NCBI GenBank assembly: GCA_010093815.1
Contig: ML996565.1
Reading direction: 5' to 3' (one strand)
DNA length: 54,732 nt
DNA from: Pseudovirgaria hyperparasitica
Taxonomy: Eukaryota
The notes beneath the pieces were generated by a model. That model had not been told where the DNA came from. It saw only the letters and a program-made list of their open reading frames with translations, and did no database searches. Position 1 is the first letter of the stretch. Each line of letters starts with the position of its first letter. The translations under genes and the position numbers were made by a program. Shown one piece after another: positions 35,839-48,154 of this stretch.

Positions 35839-38800
35839 TCACATATACCTCTCCCGATCTCCCTCCCACCCCGGCTGCAACCTCCCCCCATCCACCCCCC
35901 CAAACCCAAACCCACTCCCATACCTCCCCCCAACCTCCACCACCCGCACCCCCTCCAACCTCGCCCCATCCCCACCCACAGCCCACAAACTCAGCCCCAG
36001 CAGATTCTCCCCCCGAAGATTCAGAATCCCCGGTGGAACAGGAAAGACACTCTGCGGGCCGATATGCGGGACATAATGCCCGTACTGGTATCCATTGACA
36101 AATAACTGCACACGAGCTAGTGTACTCGCGGGAGCTGTGAGGGCGATGCCTAGTGGCACGTCCATGTCGCTGGGGATGTCGAGATGGAAGGTTGTGCTGT
36201 ACCATGCTATGCCGGCTGTGGATAGGCCGGTTACTGGGGAGCCGGAGGCCCAGGTTGTTGTGTTGAAGCCGGGGAGGTGCCAGCCTGTGGTGATGCGGTT
36301 AGTACTCGGATGGAGGATGGATGGGATGGGGTGGGTTGTTGGATATAATCGTACCTTTGCGTTCGCCGTATAGACCGCCCTCATTCATCGGTCCGCGGAT
36401 AGGGTCGATGTTTGCTTCGCCGCCTGCGTTTCCCTGGATCTTCCATGTTATCGATGATGCGTTTGAGGGTGATAGTGTGGCGGACAGCAGTCCACGCGGG
36501 TTCTGTGGGCCGGAAGGCCCGACGCTGAGTTGGTCATGGCCGGTGTAATCCGTGACGAGCGTGACGACGTTTCTCCCACGCGTAGCGCTCTCAGCCAAAT
36601 CCAGCACCGCAGAAGTCGTCGCGAGCGATGCATTTCCAGCTGCGCTGCCGACGTAGACGCCATTCAAGAAGGCGGAGAAGCCGGTGGAACTTCCGCCGTT
36701 GACGGTGATGTTCAACGAGTTTGCCGGGCCGGCGAAAGTGCCCCTGTAGAGCTTGATGCCGCTGTGATAGCCGTAGTCGGTCGAGTATAGCACGGGGTAT
36801 GATATGGGTTTCACGGGTGATAAGGTGGTGTTCTTATCGCAGACCGTCCATGTCGTGTCGTCATATCCAGGGTCTGCTTCGGGGAGGCTATCTGCGACGC
36901 GCCAACTGTCGAGGGTCGGTAAGTCAAAAGTATGACCCTGTATACCATCGATGTTGGCAACGAGTGCGCCATAGGAAGTACGGATAGTGGGTAGAACAGC
37001 GCCGTTCCAGGATATGCTATCAATGTACGAGGAGGGGGGAAACACCTCAATTGTCGTGTCGTTTACGACGTCTCCGACCACATGGACGGTAGATCCAGAT
37101 ATGGATGCACTACGAACGAGGTAGGGACCAAGAACAAAGATCTGGTCTGCGGGTTTCGGGTTCGGATTTATGGTGGTGACGGGCGCGAAGAACGTGTAGG
37201 CTGTCGGGATGTCGAGCAGGTACACCACGAGGCCATTCTTGAACTTGACGATAGTTGCACCTGCAGGCTGAGTGTATACGAACCTCGTGTAGGCATTTGT
37301 GGTGTTTGCCTTGACACTGTTGAAGTCTGTCTGGGCGCCGAATATGTCGAATTGCAGATCTTGATAGGTGTCCTTGAAAGCAAATTCTCCGACTTGCCCC
37401 TGTTTGAGATACATCGCCACTACTGGCGTTTCGTAGTCTGCGTACGAAATGACTTCCGCGGTGGAATACAAGAAGGTGATGTCTGAACTAATCCGATAGT
37501 CTGTGACGACAAACCTTGACTGCCGGCCTGCGAGCTGCATGCTAGGGATAGCAACATCGCCGAGCGTCGTTTTCACTTGTATAGCGAAATTGGTGGTAGC
37601 CCTAGACTTCGAATTGTTGTTTTCGGCAAGGTAGAATCCGGCGCTCGTAGAAGGGTTCCGCAGAACCCATGTGAATATCGCTGTCGTATTTACCGCGTTA
37701 CCCGTACCATTGCTTTCCATCACTGTACTCAGGAGATCCTTACTGACGCGCGTGAAGAGACTGATGAGTCGAGTATGTTTGAATTTGTCTTGAATCTCTC
37801 TCGTTTCGCGCAGTGGTGCAGAGTAGTCGTAAGAGGTGAATACCTGAGTCGATCGTCAGCAGGGAACAATATGATTATGCTTAGATATCTCCATACCACC
37901 GGTGCTGCACTACTGCCCCAATTCGTACCACCGTAAGCCATATAGATGTTGAAGAGTGTCGTTTTCTGACCGATGACTGACTTGTAGTACACATCTGCAA
38001 ACTCTGTGCTGTGTTCGGCCAGGCAGTCATCATACACTTTTCCTCCCCAAGGTTGGAAGTATCCACCTTCAAACTCGGCCAAATAGCTTGGTCTTTACAC
38101 TAGTCAGGAAAGATGCAATACGGCTGGACTGCCTATGCACTCACTGTGTAAACGAGTAGTTGCTGAACCATTGGTGGTAGGTCCTGACCTGGGATTATTG
38201 AGTCCGAATGCGCGGTCAATTCTAACATGAAGGGGATCCTTACCAGATTGAAACCGGTATCAAGATTATCACTACAACCAAGACCTCCCGGGTAGCTACG
38301 TGTTATTTAGCATCATCTTCGCAATTTGTAGTCGATGCTTTGACTCGTGCATACCTATCCAAGCCGTAGACGTCAACAGCACCACCTACGTTGTTATAAT
38401 CCGTACTCCATGAGACAGCTCGCATCCCCTTCTGGATTTTTTCATTAGAATCGTTCATCAAGAACCGTCATGATGGGTTATATGAAGTCCTACCTCGTTG
38501 TGTGTCAGTGGAACAACAATCCCTTGCTCCCTGAACGCTGTCTTCAACTGCTCCATATACAGACTACAGGCCATCAGCGAGGTCATTAGTACAGATCTTA
38601 GTCTCTGGATGACTTACACGGCCGAACTATTTGCATTATACGATGTCTCCTGAAACTCATTCTCAATCTGAGTGAGTATGATAGGTCCACCATTCGTGAT
38701 CTGATTGCGCTCCAAGATTGGCCCAATGGCAGCCACCCACTCGGACCATGCCAACCGATAATTCTCGTCATTCGTGCGATACTTTCCACCGGAGCCATTC

Positions 38801-39374
38801 GTCGTCCAGAGCGCGTATCCTCCTGCAGAAGTCTCTGCATTGCTGAAGACAACTTCAGCTACGACTCCTATAGGAGTGAAACCACACAACTCACCAGTAG
38901 GGGCCAGGACGAGCAATGACGTAGAGCCCGGACTGCTTAGCCAGGTCAAGGAGATGCTGGACATCTTTGCCCGGACTTTCAAAGTCATATACGCCTCTGC
39001 TCGGCGAGTGATATGACCAGAAGAAATAAATGCTGAGAGACACACTGTTAAGGAGCCTGCGTACGATATAATCGCGATCTTACCTCACTGTATTGAGACC
39101 ATTCTGACGTCTTCAAGTAAGTTTCACGAAGAACAAGAGAGACGCACAATGCGAGCTAGATGCTTACAGCCTTGAATTTCTGAAAGACATCCAGCCATAA
39201 CTCAGGCACCGGCAGTCGCTGATAATGGAATTCGCCAGAGAATATAAAGACTCGCTCATCATTGATCAGTAGACTGTCAGAATCCCAGGTAACGACCTTT
39301 TGGTAGCCATTGTCAGTGGCGTAAGCGGCTATCAGTAATCCTTGCAGCACCGCAAGAAAGCTGTGAAGATACAT
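35839..39374 (-). CDS. Secreted GH35 beta-galactosidase (LacB-like), multi-exon
   Basis: Signal peptide, [88 protein letters not shown]. Confidence 0.93.
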
Positions 39375-39577
39375 TGTAGTGGATTTGGTTGGACTTCATC
39401 AGTATAGCCAAACTTCCATAGCTAGGTAGATATAACCAAGCACATGTAACCAGTGCCGCACACGTCTTACGATGAACATCCAATTCACGATAGATCGCCG
39501 AATGTACGTGAGTATACGCTAGATTGCTTCTAGCTCGAGCGAGGTAGCAATTGTCCCGTCAATGAGAAGCATAGGCC

Positions 39578-39585
39578 CGGCTAAA
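39578..39585. promoter_or_regulatory. Putative XlnR/AraR-type site CGGCTAAA upstream of beta-galactosidase
   Basis: Matches the GGCTAA(A)/CGGNTAAW consensus about 200 bp upstream of the ATG. SYGGRG (CreA-type) matches occur nearby. Confidence 0.4.
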
Positions 39586-39897
39586 GCGATATGAGCGAAT
39601 TGAAGCCCCCGGGATCTAGCGCTATTTCATACGATCTGCGACGGGGTCACTCGGGAGAATGGGGCCGAACGGGACATGATCCACCGATCGGGATACTGCA
39701 GTCAATAATCAGTCACCACATAAATAAAAGCTTCCAAGATAGCGAGTTGCTGCAGGATACGCCGGAGCCAAAGGCCGCCGGACGGTTCATCATTGCATTG
39801 CCTTTATAGTCTGTGGAACCGCCATAACCCTTCGAATGCCTCGAAGAGAGGGTCCAAGTTGACCCTGGTCTGTCCCCGACTTTGTCCACAATTCCCA

Positions 39898-41794
39898 CTA
39901 CATAGGCGCGGCTGGACTTTGTTGTGCATGACGCTGATCTAGATCATCATAATTGAGCTCGAACTGCCTCTGCTATATGTTAGTACGGGTAAAAGTCTAC
40001 GTAAGGTAGGACTGGTCTTACCCTCTCTTTTCTCCAGTTCATGACGTCAAAGAAGATATACCAACCATTCTCGTGCTTATCCGAGATGCGCTGTGGTGCT
40101 GGCAAGTCCGGATCCTTCATCATCCACTGTCGCTGTCCCTTGTGCCACCGCCAATCGCGATTGTACCTAGAATACTGTAAGCACTTGTAGGGCCCCGTAA
40201 GGCACAAAGAGGTAACTTACAGTTCGCCTGCTGCGAATTCTTGCATGATGTCGCGGGGAAATTGATAGAAGATAGCCAGTAGCGTTTCTGGAGAGAAGCT
40301 TGACATCTTTTGGGAGAGTGGCGGTACATTGTTGACCGTATATGCCGGAGGGAGCGAGAAGTCTGGTATGACGGGCCTTGTTACATCCGAAAAAGGTGAA
40401 CCGAAAGTTGGATATAGAGGGGAGTTGCTGTCTAGGTCAGCAGATGTCAATGTTCGCTAGAAATACTCACTCAGGTCGATTCAACTCTAGTCCGAGTGCT
40501 GTAAGATCCTGCCCCGCTGCTAAGGCTGAATGATCAGGGCCGTGTTCCGATATCATAGCTAGCAGACCAGGTAACCCGAATCGCTCGCTCTCCGTCATAT
40601 CTGTCAATCGTTTATGCCGCGCCGGTACAGTTTCTTGGTCAAGATTGTCGGGTCCAAAACTTTGATCGAGAGGATATTGCTGCGAGCGCGCTCCTATAGG
40701 CTGCTGTGCAGGGTCTCGGTAGCCTGTATTTCTGAACGGTAATCCTAACGGCGCACCTTGCGCTCCGAAGAGTTGCATTCCACTAGCCCCTTGAAGTGCC
40801 CGTGATAGTCCATTCCTGTCATCTGTGTGTGGTCTCGTTCCTGCTCCTCTACTATCACCAACTGCAGAGGCTATTGATCGTTCGTGTTGGCTATCGCTGG
40901 GACTCGACAAGCCGTTTCTTGATTGTCCGAGATTGGGAAATGGACTGCTCGATCCACCGAACTCCGAACCCTGGCCTATAACAGAGCGTCTCTCTTGCAA
41001 CATGTCACCATTACCGCCAGCTCCGCCCAGAGGAGGAAACTCTTCAACGTTGCCGGTCTGAGGCTGCGAGCCACCAGCCAACTGTCCGATGCTCCCTTGT
41101 GCGCCAAAGCGAAAGTCCTCGCCTGAGCTCCGGAATCGTGAGGACGATTGGTGTTCATCGTGTGGAGCGGTGTCGTGTTGTTGCACCTGCTGTACGCTCG
41201 ACTGTGCATTCTGGCCTTGCGGTCGCTGAACGGGCGTGTGTTGCGACATGCGCAGACTCGGGTTGGCTCCCCATAATTGAGATGAGCTTTGTTGTTGCTG
41301 AGATTGAGGCGCGCCGCCTAAGGATGGAAATTCTCTATGATCATTGACTTTCAGTGATGCGCTCGAAGTTACTGCCATGCCGAGAGTATGATGCCGAAAG
41401 ATGGAACTTACGATAGATCTAGAGGTGCTTGTGATTGATTCCCTCCTATTGTTTGCGCAAAGTTTGTACGTGATTGCCCCGACGAAAGACCAGGCGCACC
41501 TCCCATGGGCATTCCCCCAAAGCCCCATCCTGAGTTGTTGTTCCCACCACTTAGCTTGCCATTCTGCAACCTGCCGCTTCCTAGCAATGGGCCTCTGCTG
41601 CCATTCGGTTGTGGAGCACCATATACATTCCCCGGTATGGCTCGCATCGATTGGGGTCCAGGGCCTGGGAGTATCTTGCATTAGCGAAAGCTCAAGGTTT
41701 GTTCGTCAAGCTACGGGTGCCACGAGAGCACATGCGTGGTTGCTAACAAGTCTGGCGTGCCAGCTGCAGGTTGTCACTGACCTGTGCGATTCAT
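39898..41794 (-). CDS. NOT2: CCR4-NOT complex subunit Not2, multi-exon
   Basis: Low-complexity N-terminus with EFPSLG/EFPPLG, ERFGLPGLL, GQDLTALGLELN, LYPTFGSPF, ETLLAIFYQFPRDIMQ, YNRDWRWHK, FFDVMNWRKER (NOT2_3_5 domain). Confidence 0.9.
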
Positions 41795-42035
41795 GATGGT
41801 GTAGATCAGATAGGTGAAGATATCCTATGAGTCTGGGGCCGTTGCAACTCCTATGATCGGGTTGCTATAGTTGATCAATTGCTATACAAGCAGCTCGCCG
41901 TGCCAGGTGAAGTCGTAGGTCCGTCCGCCGCCTCGCGCGCCTGCACCCCGGTAGAACTCCGGTTATCCCCAGCTGTCTGTAAAAAGAAGGCGCGACGATG
42001 AATCGATCTTCACGATTTATCAACATCAGCTCATC

Positions 42036-43019
42036 ATGGCAACGCTCAGTATCTCGCGCGCGATGCGCTTTACAAATCAATCTGGTAGTAATGTCGAGCC
42101 TTTATTGCCATTCCTTTTCCCTCCTTTCGGCTGCGGCGGGCAGCCAATTCGAATCAGCTCTCACCCTTTCTCAACATCAAGCTCCAAAGCCTATCCCCGA
42201 CCCCGTCGCACTCGAGAGAACAACAAACTGCGAGGCATGTCTGCGCTACGGTCTACTGGGCTCAATGGGAAGAGGCTATCTGTGGAGAAGGAGCTTCGAG
42301 GGATTTTGCCTGTTCCCGTGGAACCTAAGAAAGATCGATATCTGAAGCATAATATAAACGAGGAAGGAGTCAATCCTAACCATCCGCTCTGGGGATTCTT
42401 CAACCCAGCCAAGACATTCTCGGCCAAACCCCATGAAGATCATGCTCATGGTAGGTCTTAGACTCTCTCCAGACGCGAAAACAGCTGCGGAACTGATTTC
42501 GCAATCTTCAGGGAATCCATGGCACCCGGATCAGCTCCGTATCAAATCATTTGACGATATGCACAAGATATGGTGGATGTGCGTGAAAGACTTGAATCGT
42601 ATGGCAACCGAAGAAGGCGAGAGACTACGTCTCAATCTCCAATTCGGTGACAAGGAGATGCGTGAAAGACAAATCCACGTTCGTACCAGGATTGAACTCT
42701 TCTGATTCCGAACTCTGCTAAACGTGACTCTCAGGTGAGGAGAACCATGTCGAACATCAAGCAAGTACTACGAGAGCGACATTATTCGTGGTTAGAGGCG
42801 AAGGAACTCGTACGACAAAACCCAGCACTAGGAGTACCTGATAAACGTGTGCGTAAATTTGATTGAGTCGCACATGGAACAGACACTGACCAGCTGCAGA
42901 TGTATGAGGATGAGGACGAGAATGATTACTGGGAAGACGAAGCGGAAGAGAACGGAGCCGTTACCGACGAACAAAACATGAACAATAATACCACGAAGAC
43001 TCAGCAGCAGCAGGCCTAA
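42036..43019 (+). CDS. MRPL4: Mitochondrial ribosomal protein uL29m (MRPL47/MrpL4), multi-exon
   Basis: HPLWGFF, HGNPWHPDQLRIKSFDDMHKIWWMCVKDLNRMATE, VRRTMSNIKQVLRERHYSW. Mitochondrial presequence-like N-terminus. Confidence 0.85.
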
Positions 43020-43574
43020 ACGCATATATAACTGTCTGTAGAGAAGTTGCCAAGGCCAACCGACATGTATCCATAAACACGATTCCGACGTTACGTTGGC
43101 ACTGTATATTATTTTGTCTCCGGAAGATGAACAATCTAGTAGATGTATGGAAACAGTAAGATAGTCTCCGTCACCGGAAATGCACTCAAACATATTCAAC
43201 ACCTCTAGTATACGTTCACAGTGACAGGATGCAAGGAGCTGCTATCACAAACAGAACTCATTCTGAGTGGCTGTCATTATCTTTCAGCTTTGCAATTCCT
43301 AATACACCTGATCAAAGGATTTGTACATTTTATGCCCAGGTGGATCTATGCTCAAGCTATCTACAAGTGGGGGCATGGATCCATGCAAGGTGGGACATTA
43401 GGGGAGATCGTGCCCTTGGCAGAGGCCGCGGGTACTATTAGCAGCGCGGGGCAAGGAGCTTCAGCACACCGCAACAACATAACTGCTCCCACAGCTCTTC
43501 TTCACTTCAATTCTATTTTCATACACTCCTCCTACCTACGTACAACTCGAGGTTCGAAAGACCGTGTCATCATT

Positions 43575-45338
43575 ATGGACGAGATTGCGCCAGAATACGA
43601 CGTCGTAGTCCTTGGGACTGGTACGCTTTCCCCCACTGCTTCTCAATCATCGCTGTCTTCTAACACATCCATCCAACACAGGTCTCACGGAATGTGTTCT
43701 CTCAGGGTCAGCTTCTTACTCCTCTATGACTATACCTCAACTGATTTCCTTTGCAGCGTTCTTAGCGTAAAAGGCAAGAAGGTCCTGCATATTGACAGGA
43801 ACGACCATTACGGAGGGTACGTCGCTATAGTACTAGCATAGATGCATGACCCTGACTGAAGGATAGCGAGGCCGCGTCAGTCAACATCGAAGCAGTATGT
43901 CCATCCCTCTTTGTGTCCCGATCACGCTCTGACAAGATGGTAGCTTTACAAGAAATACGGAAACTACAACAAGGGCGAAGAACCATGGAAGAAATATGGG
44001 CGTGCGAACGATTGGAATATAGATCTTGTTCCTAAACTCCTTATGGCGAATGGAGAGCTCACCAATATTCTTGTTTCGACCGATGTGACAAGATACCTCG
44101 AATTCAAGCAAATTGCCGGAAGCTACGTTCAACAGGGCAACGGAGCCAAAGCTACTGTGGCCAAGGTCCCCTCCGATGCGGGTGAAGCATTGAGGTCTTC
44201 ACTCATGGGCATTTTCGAGAAGAGACGTGCCAGAAACTTCTTGGAGTGGGTCGGTGCATACAAAGAGGACGACCCTGCTACACACAAAGGTAGAGTAAGA
44301 GACATAGCATGCAGAGTATTTACTGATTGGGCTAGGAATGAACTTGAACGACATCACCATGAAGGACGTCTACGATAAGTTCGGATTGGAACCAAACACT
44401 CGAGACTTCGTTGGCCACTCGATGGCACTGTTCACAACGGATGATTACCTGAACCAGAAGGGTATGGCACAGGATGCTGTTCAACGTATTCGCCTATACG
44501 TTAACTCGATGGCTCGATACGGAAAATCGCCGTACATCTATCCTCTATACGGCCTCGGTGAACTTCCGCAAGGATTTGCTCGCCTTTCTGCCATTTACGG
44601 CGGAACCTACATGCTCAATACGGACGTTGACGAGTTCCTGTATGATGGCGGCAAAGTGTCGGGCATCAAAGCTACTATGAAAGAGCGGGACCAACCTGGG
44701 GAGGGCATGAAGTTTGAAACCAAGTGCAAGAAGATCATAGCAGACCCTTCATACTTCTCCGATAAGGTTCAGGTAACTGGACACCTCATTAAGGCCATCT
44801 GCATACTTGATCACCCAGTCCCGAATACTGACAACAGTGATTCATTCCAACTGATCATCCCCCAGTCCCAGGTTGGTCGCAAACACGGTACGTATATCCT
44901 AAATGGTCGCGTGGGCGCTGGCTGATATCTGCAGACATCTATGTTGCGTGTGTCTCGTCTGCACACAGCGTCTGTCCTAAGGGTTACTACATTGCTATTG
45001 TCTCGACGATTGCGGAAGGAGACAGCAACCACCACCTTGAACTACAGGCTGGCTTTGACAGGCTTGGCAAGATAGAGGAGAAATTCATGGGACCATCCAT
45101 CCCACTTTATGCCCCTAAGGAGGATGGCACGTCCGACAATATATTCATCTCAAAGAGCTATGATGCTACGAGTCATTTTGAGACCACAACAGGTATGGAG
45201 CTCTTGTCATCAGCTAAATTTGATGAGTGTTGGACTGACTGTATACTAGATGACATCCGAGACATCTACAACCGAGCTGAGGGTGAGGAATTGAAGGTCG
45301 AGGGACTGAGAGAAGGACAGAACCTGGCCGCGGAATGA
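43575..45338 (+). CDS. GDI1: Rab GDP-dissociation inhibitor, multi-exon
   Basis: MDEIAPEYDVVVLGTGLTEC, VLHIDRNDHYGG, DWNIDLVPK, YGKSPYIYPLYGLGELPQGFARLSAIYGGTYML, SYDATSHFETT. Confidence 0.96.
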
Positions 45339-46287
45339 TTTGTTGCATTGTGATTGCTATGTTGATATTGTGAACTCGGGCACTGCACGAGAGAAGTAGA
45401 TTGCGCATCGAATTTTTCATCGTGACTTGGTCGGACTTCTGGGCCGCATACCTATCCGTGTGCCACGACAGGAAAACAAATGAAACCTATAAATGCAGTG
45501 TCTTCCGTAACGACTTTGATGTGGCTTATGCAGATTATCTGCACGACCTTGATGATTTGTGAGATACTAATAGATCTGACCGATAGACACTTTGATGCGA
45601 TTTCTAGTGGTGTTCAGGCGCGCTTGTATCATTCTTAAGTGAGTGCTAGTAGTAGCATCAGCCAGTACAAGACGTGGTTGTTAGAATGGCTGTTGGAATC
45701 CCAGACTCGGCGAGATGTTTCCCTGATGGCATATCCCCGCATGCATGGCAACGCGGGAAGGGGAAATAGGAGGCTTTGTTTGGGCGGCACCCGGTAAACA
45801 GAGTGTGATGATGCAGGTCGATAACACTCACTTAACAGCTCAGAGCTGCGTCTGAAACCACTGCGACCGCCTTTTCGTCTGCCCAACTCCACTTCTCTCT
45901 CTTTACTTTCCACCTCCACTCTTCGTCGTCGTATAATCGAATACACTCGCTCTCCTATCAATTGATTCGTATTCCTCAATCATTACAGTACTTGTTGTTC
46001 ATACCTGTCGTGTTCCGCCAATCGACGAAATTTGGTGGCGCAACACCAGCCACCTCTCCAAGAAAGTTGATCTGTGCACTCAGAAGAGCTCAGAGCACCC
46101 GTCCAGAGTCCGCGTCAACACCACTGGAACTTCCAGGTTATCTTTGAAGCCACGATACCAACCACCACAATAATTTCCCTCCCAGCCCTTCACCACGGCG
46201 GAATCAGCCTCTCCTCGAAGTCACCGCAGGTCTTTTAATCCTCCTGCGCGCTCGACTAGCCACCAAGCCCATTTCCCCTCCCTCAAG

Positions 46288-47428
46288 ATGTTCTTCAAAC
46301 GACGCTCACGCTCCAACTCGAATACTTATCTCGACGAGTCGTCTCCGCGTGATCGCTCCCAGTCCTACGATCAGCAATACCACAACGACAAGTACGATCG
46401 TCCAGACTCCTCGAAGCACAACGCCCAAGACTTTGACGACGCCAGCGAGGACGCCGAGAAAGAGATGTACGCTCGTCAACACGGCCCTCAGGACGCGTAT
46501 GGCTCCCCTCGAGGACCACACCCTAGCATCAACGGCGCAGCTCATAATGCATTGCCAATGCACAACTTAACCTCAGCGCCCGCTCCATTGAACCCCGCCA
46601 ATGCGCTGAAGGTGGAGACGGCCCCTGACCTCCTAACAAGAGCTTTCAATGAGGCACTCCGTCCTCAATTGGATAAGATCCAGCAATTGGAGACTCAGGT
46701 CGCCGATATGCAGCAATGGATAGCCGATCTAGAAGCGCAGAGACAGGAAATGCACGAGTGGATCGACAAGAGAGGCCTACGACCAGGTATATTAAAAGCC
46801 CTCAAGAAATCGCCCATAACATACACTGACAGCCATAGATGTTCCTCTCTCGATTGCTAAGAGTATGGACACATCCTCATCTGCATCCGCACAGGCACTG
46901 TCAACACAGCTTGATCGCAAGATCACAATAGTCAACTTCGACCTCCATCGCCTTCAAGATGACCTGAACTCGTCACTCAGCACTTCCCACTTCGCCGCAG
47001 CCATGTTGAAATTCATTCCCGATATCGCTCGTCTCTCCTCTCTTCCGACTGGTCCTCGTCTAGGATTCGATCTCCTTCTCAAACTTGGCGGCAATCTGAA
47101 TGCGCATGGTGGTCTAGACTCGGGCGACCCGGATGACACTCGTGCTCGCAAAGACTTCTATGCACGTCTTGATGCCGCAATGGTAGATATCGTTCGAGGT
47201 AGATTCAACGAGAACGAAGATTGGCCTGTCAGCAGGGAGATTAAGCGAATCGAAAAGACTGCACAATACCTGAAAGCGTTCGGTATCGAGCCTTACTTTC
47301 CAGAGACACTCGAGTTAATGCGGCACGAAGAGAGTTTCAACTCCCCCGGACCAGCAAGAGGAAGCACAGGTAATCTAGCTCCACAGTCGCCCATAGCGAA
47401 TGGCACAACATCGCCACGATACCATTAA
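46288..47428 (+). CDS. Hypothetical protein with coiled coil, 2 exons (intron ~46787-46839)
   Basis: Two long ORFs joined by a GT-AG intron with a ctgac branch site. Coiled-coil DLLTRAFNEALRPQLDKIQQLE...WIDKRGLRP. CT-rich 5' leader. Confidence 0.75.
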
Positions 47429-48154
47429 CCTGCGAACCTTTAAGGGCTTTCAACGAGTCTCTTGCTCTGCTTGTGTACCATCTCAATACTAACGACGTTA
47501 CGAAAGATTTCTTTATGGGACTCTGGCTTCTGTATTCATGTATGGTCTTGGGTATGTCAACAGCACGTTGTCCTATTTTTCACCGCTAGGAGTGACGATG
47601 GTCGTGCAATCTCCTGCTTCTCGCAAGGCCGTGATCCAGGCTTGACGGTCGTATACCGTCTGTTATAATAGTCATGTAGCCTCGATAGGATCTGATATCC
47701 TACTATATGACCAGTAATGAAGAAAACGTACCTCTAAATTGGGTCCCGCATCGAAATAGATACTTCAAGTTTTCCAATCGCTATGAGATGTGATCGCTGT
47801 GAGACGTTCTCGTGAAACTAGGAGGCTGCGCAAGGACTTTGATAACAGCGACCTCAGGCAGGAAAGGTTGTTCTTGGCGTTGCGGCCTTGACCCACTCGC
47901 ATCGTGGCCGGTTCCTACACAGACAGCATAATAGACGTCAAATTGGTTCGAAGGAGCTTGTAAGAGCCTCTAATTATAACAACGTCGACATTTGGCCGAT
48001 CTGACTACTACGCGTCAACTTGAGCGATCTCGAACACCCATAAACTTTGCGCTGCCCACGAATTGACCAGTGTCTGGGCTGGCGGGCTCGAATAGCCACG
48101 TCTTTGAATTTCCGCGCTTCCTAGATCCCACCCTGACCCTGACCAACAGCAACA

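Noticed and set aside
35695..36105. Proline-rich extensin-like ORF
   Set aside because: Antisense to the G-rich last exon of beta-galactosidase
43221..43574. N-terminal extension of GDI1 in the ORF track
   Set aside because: Conserved start MDEIAPEYDV is at 43575; upstream is promoter/5' UTR
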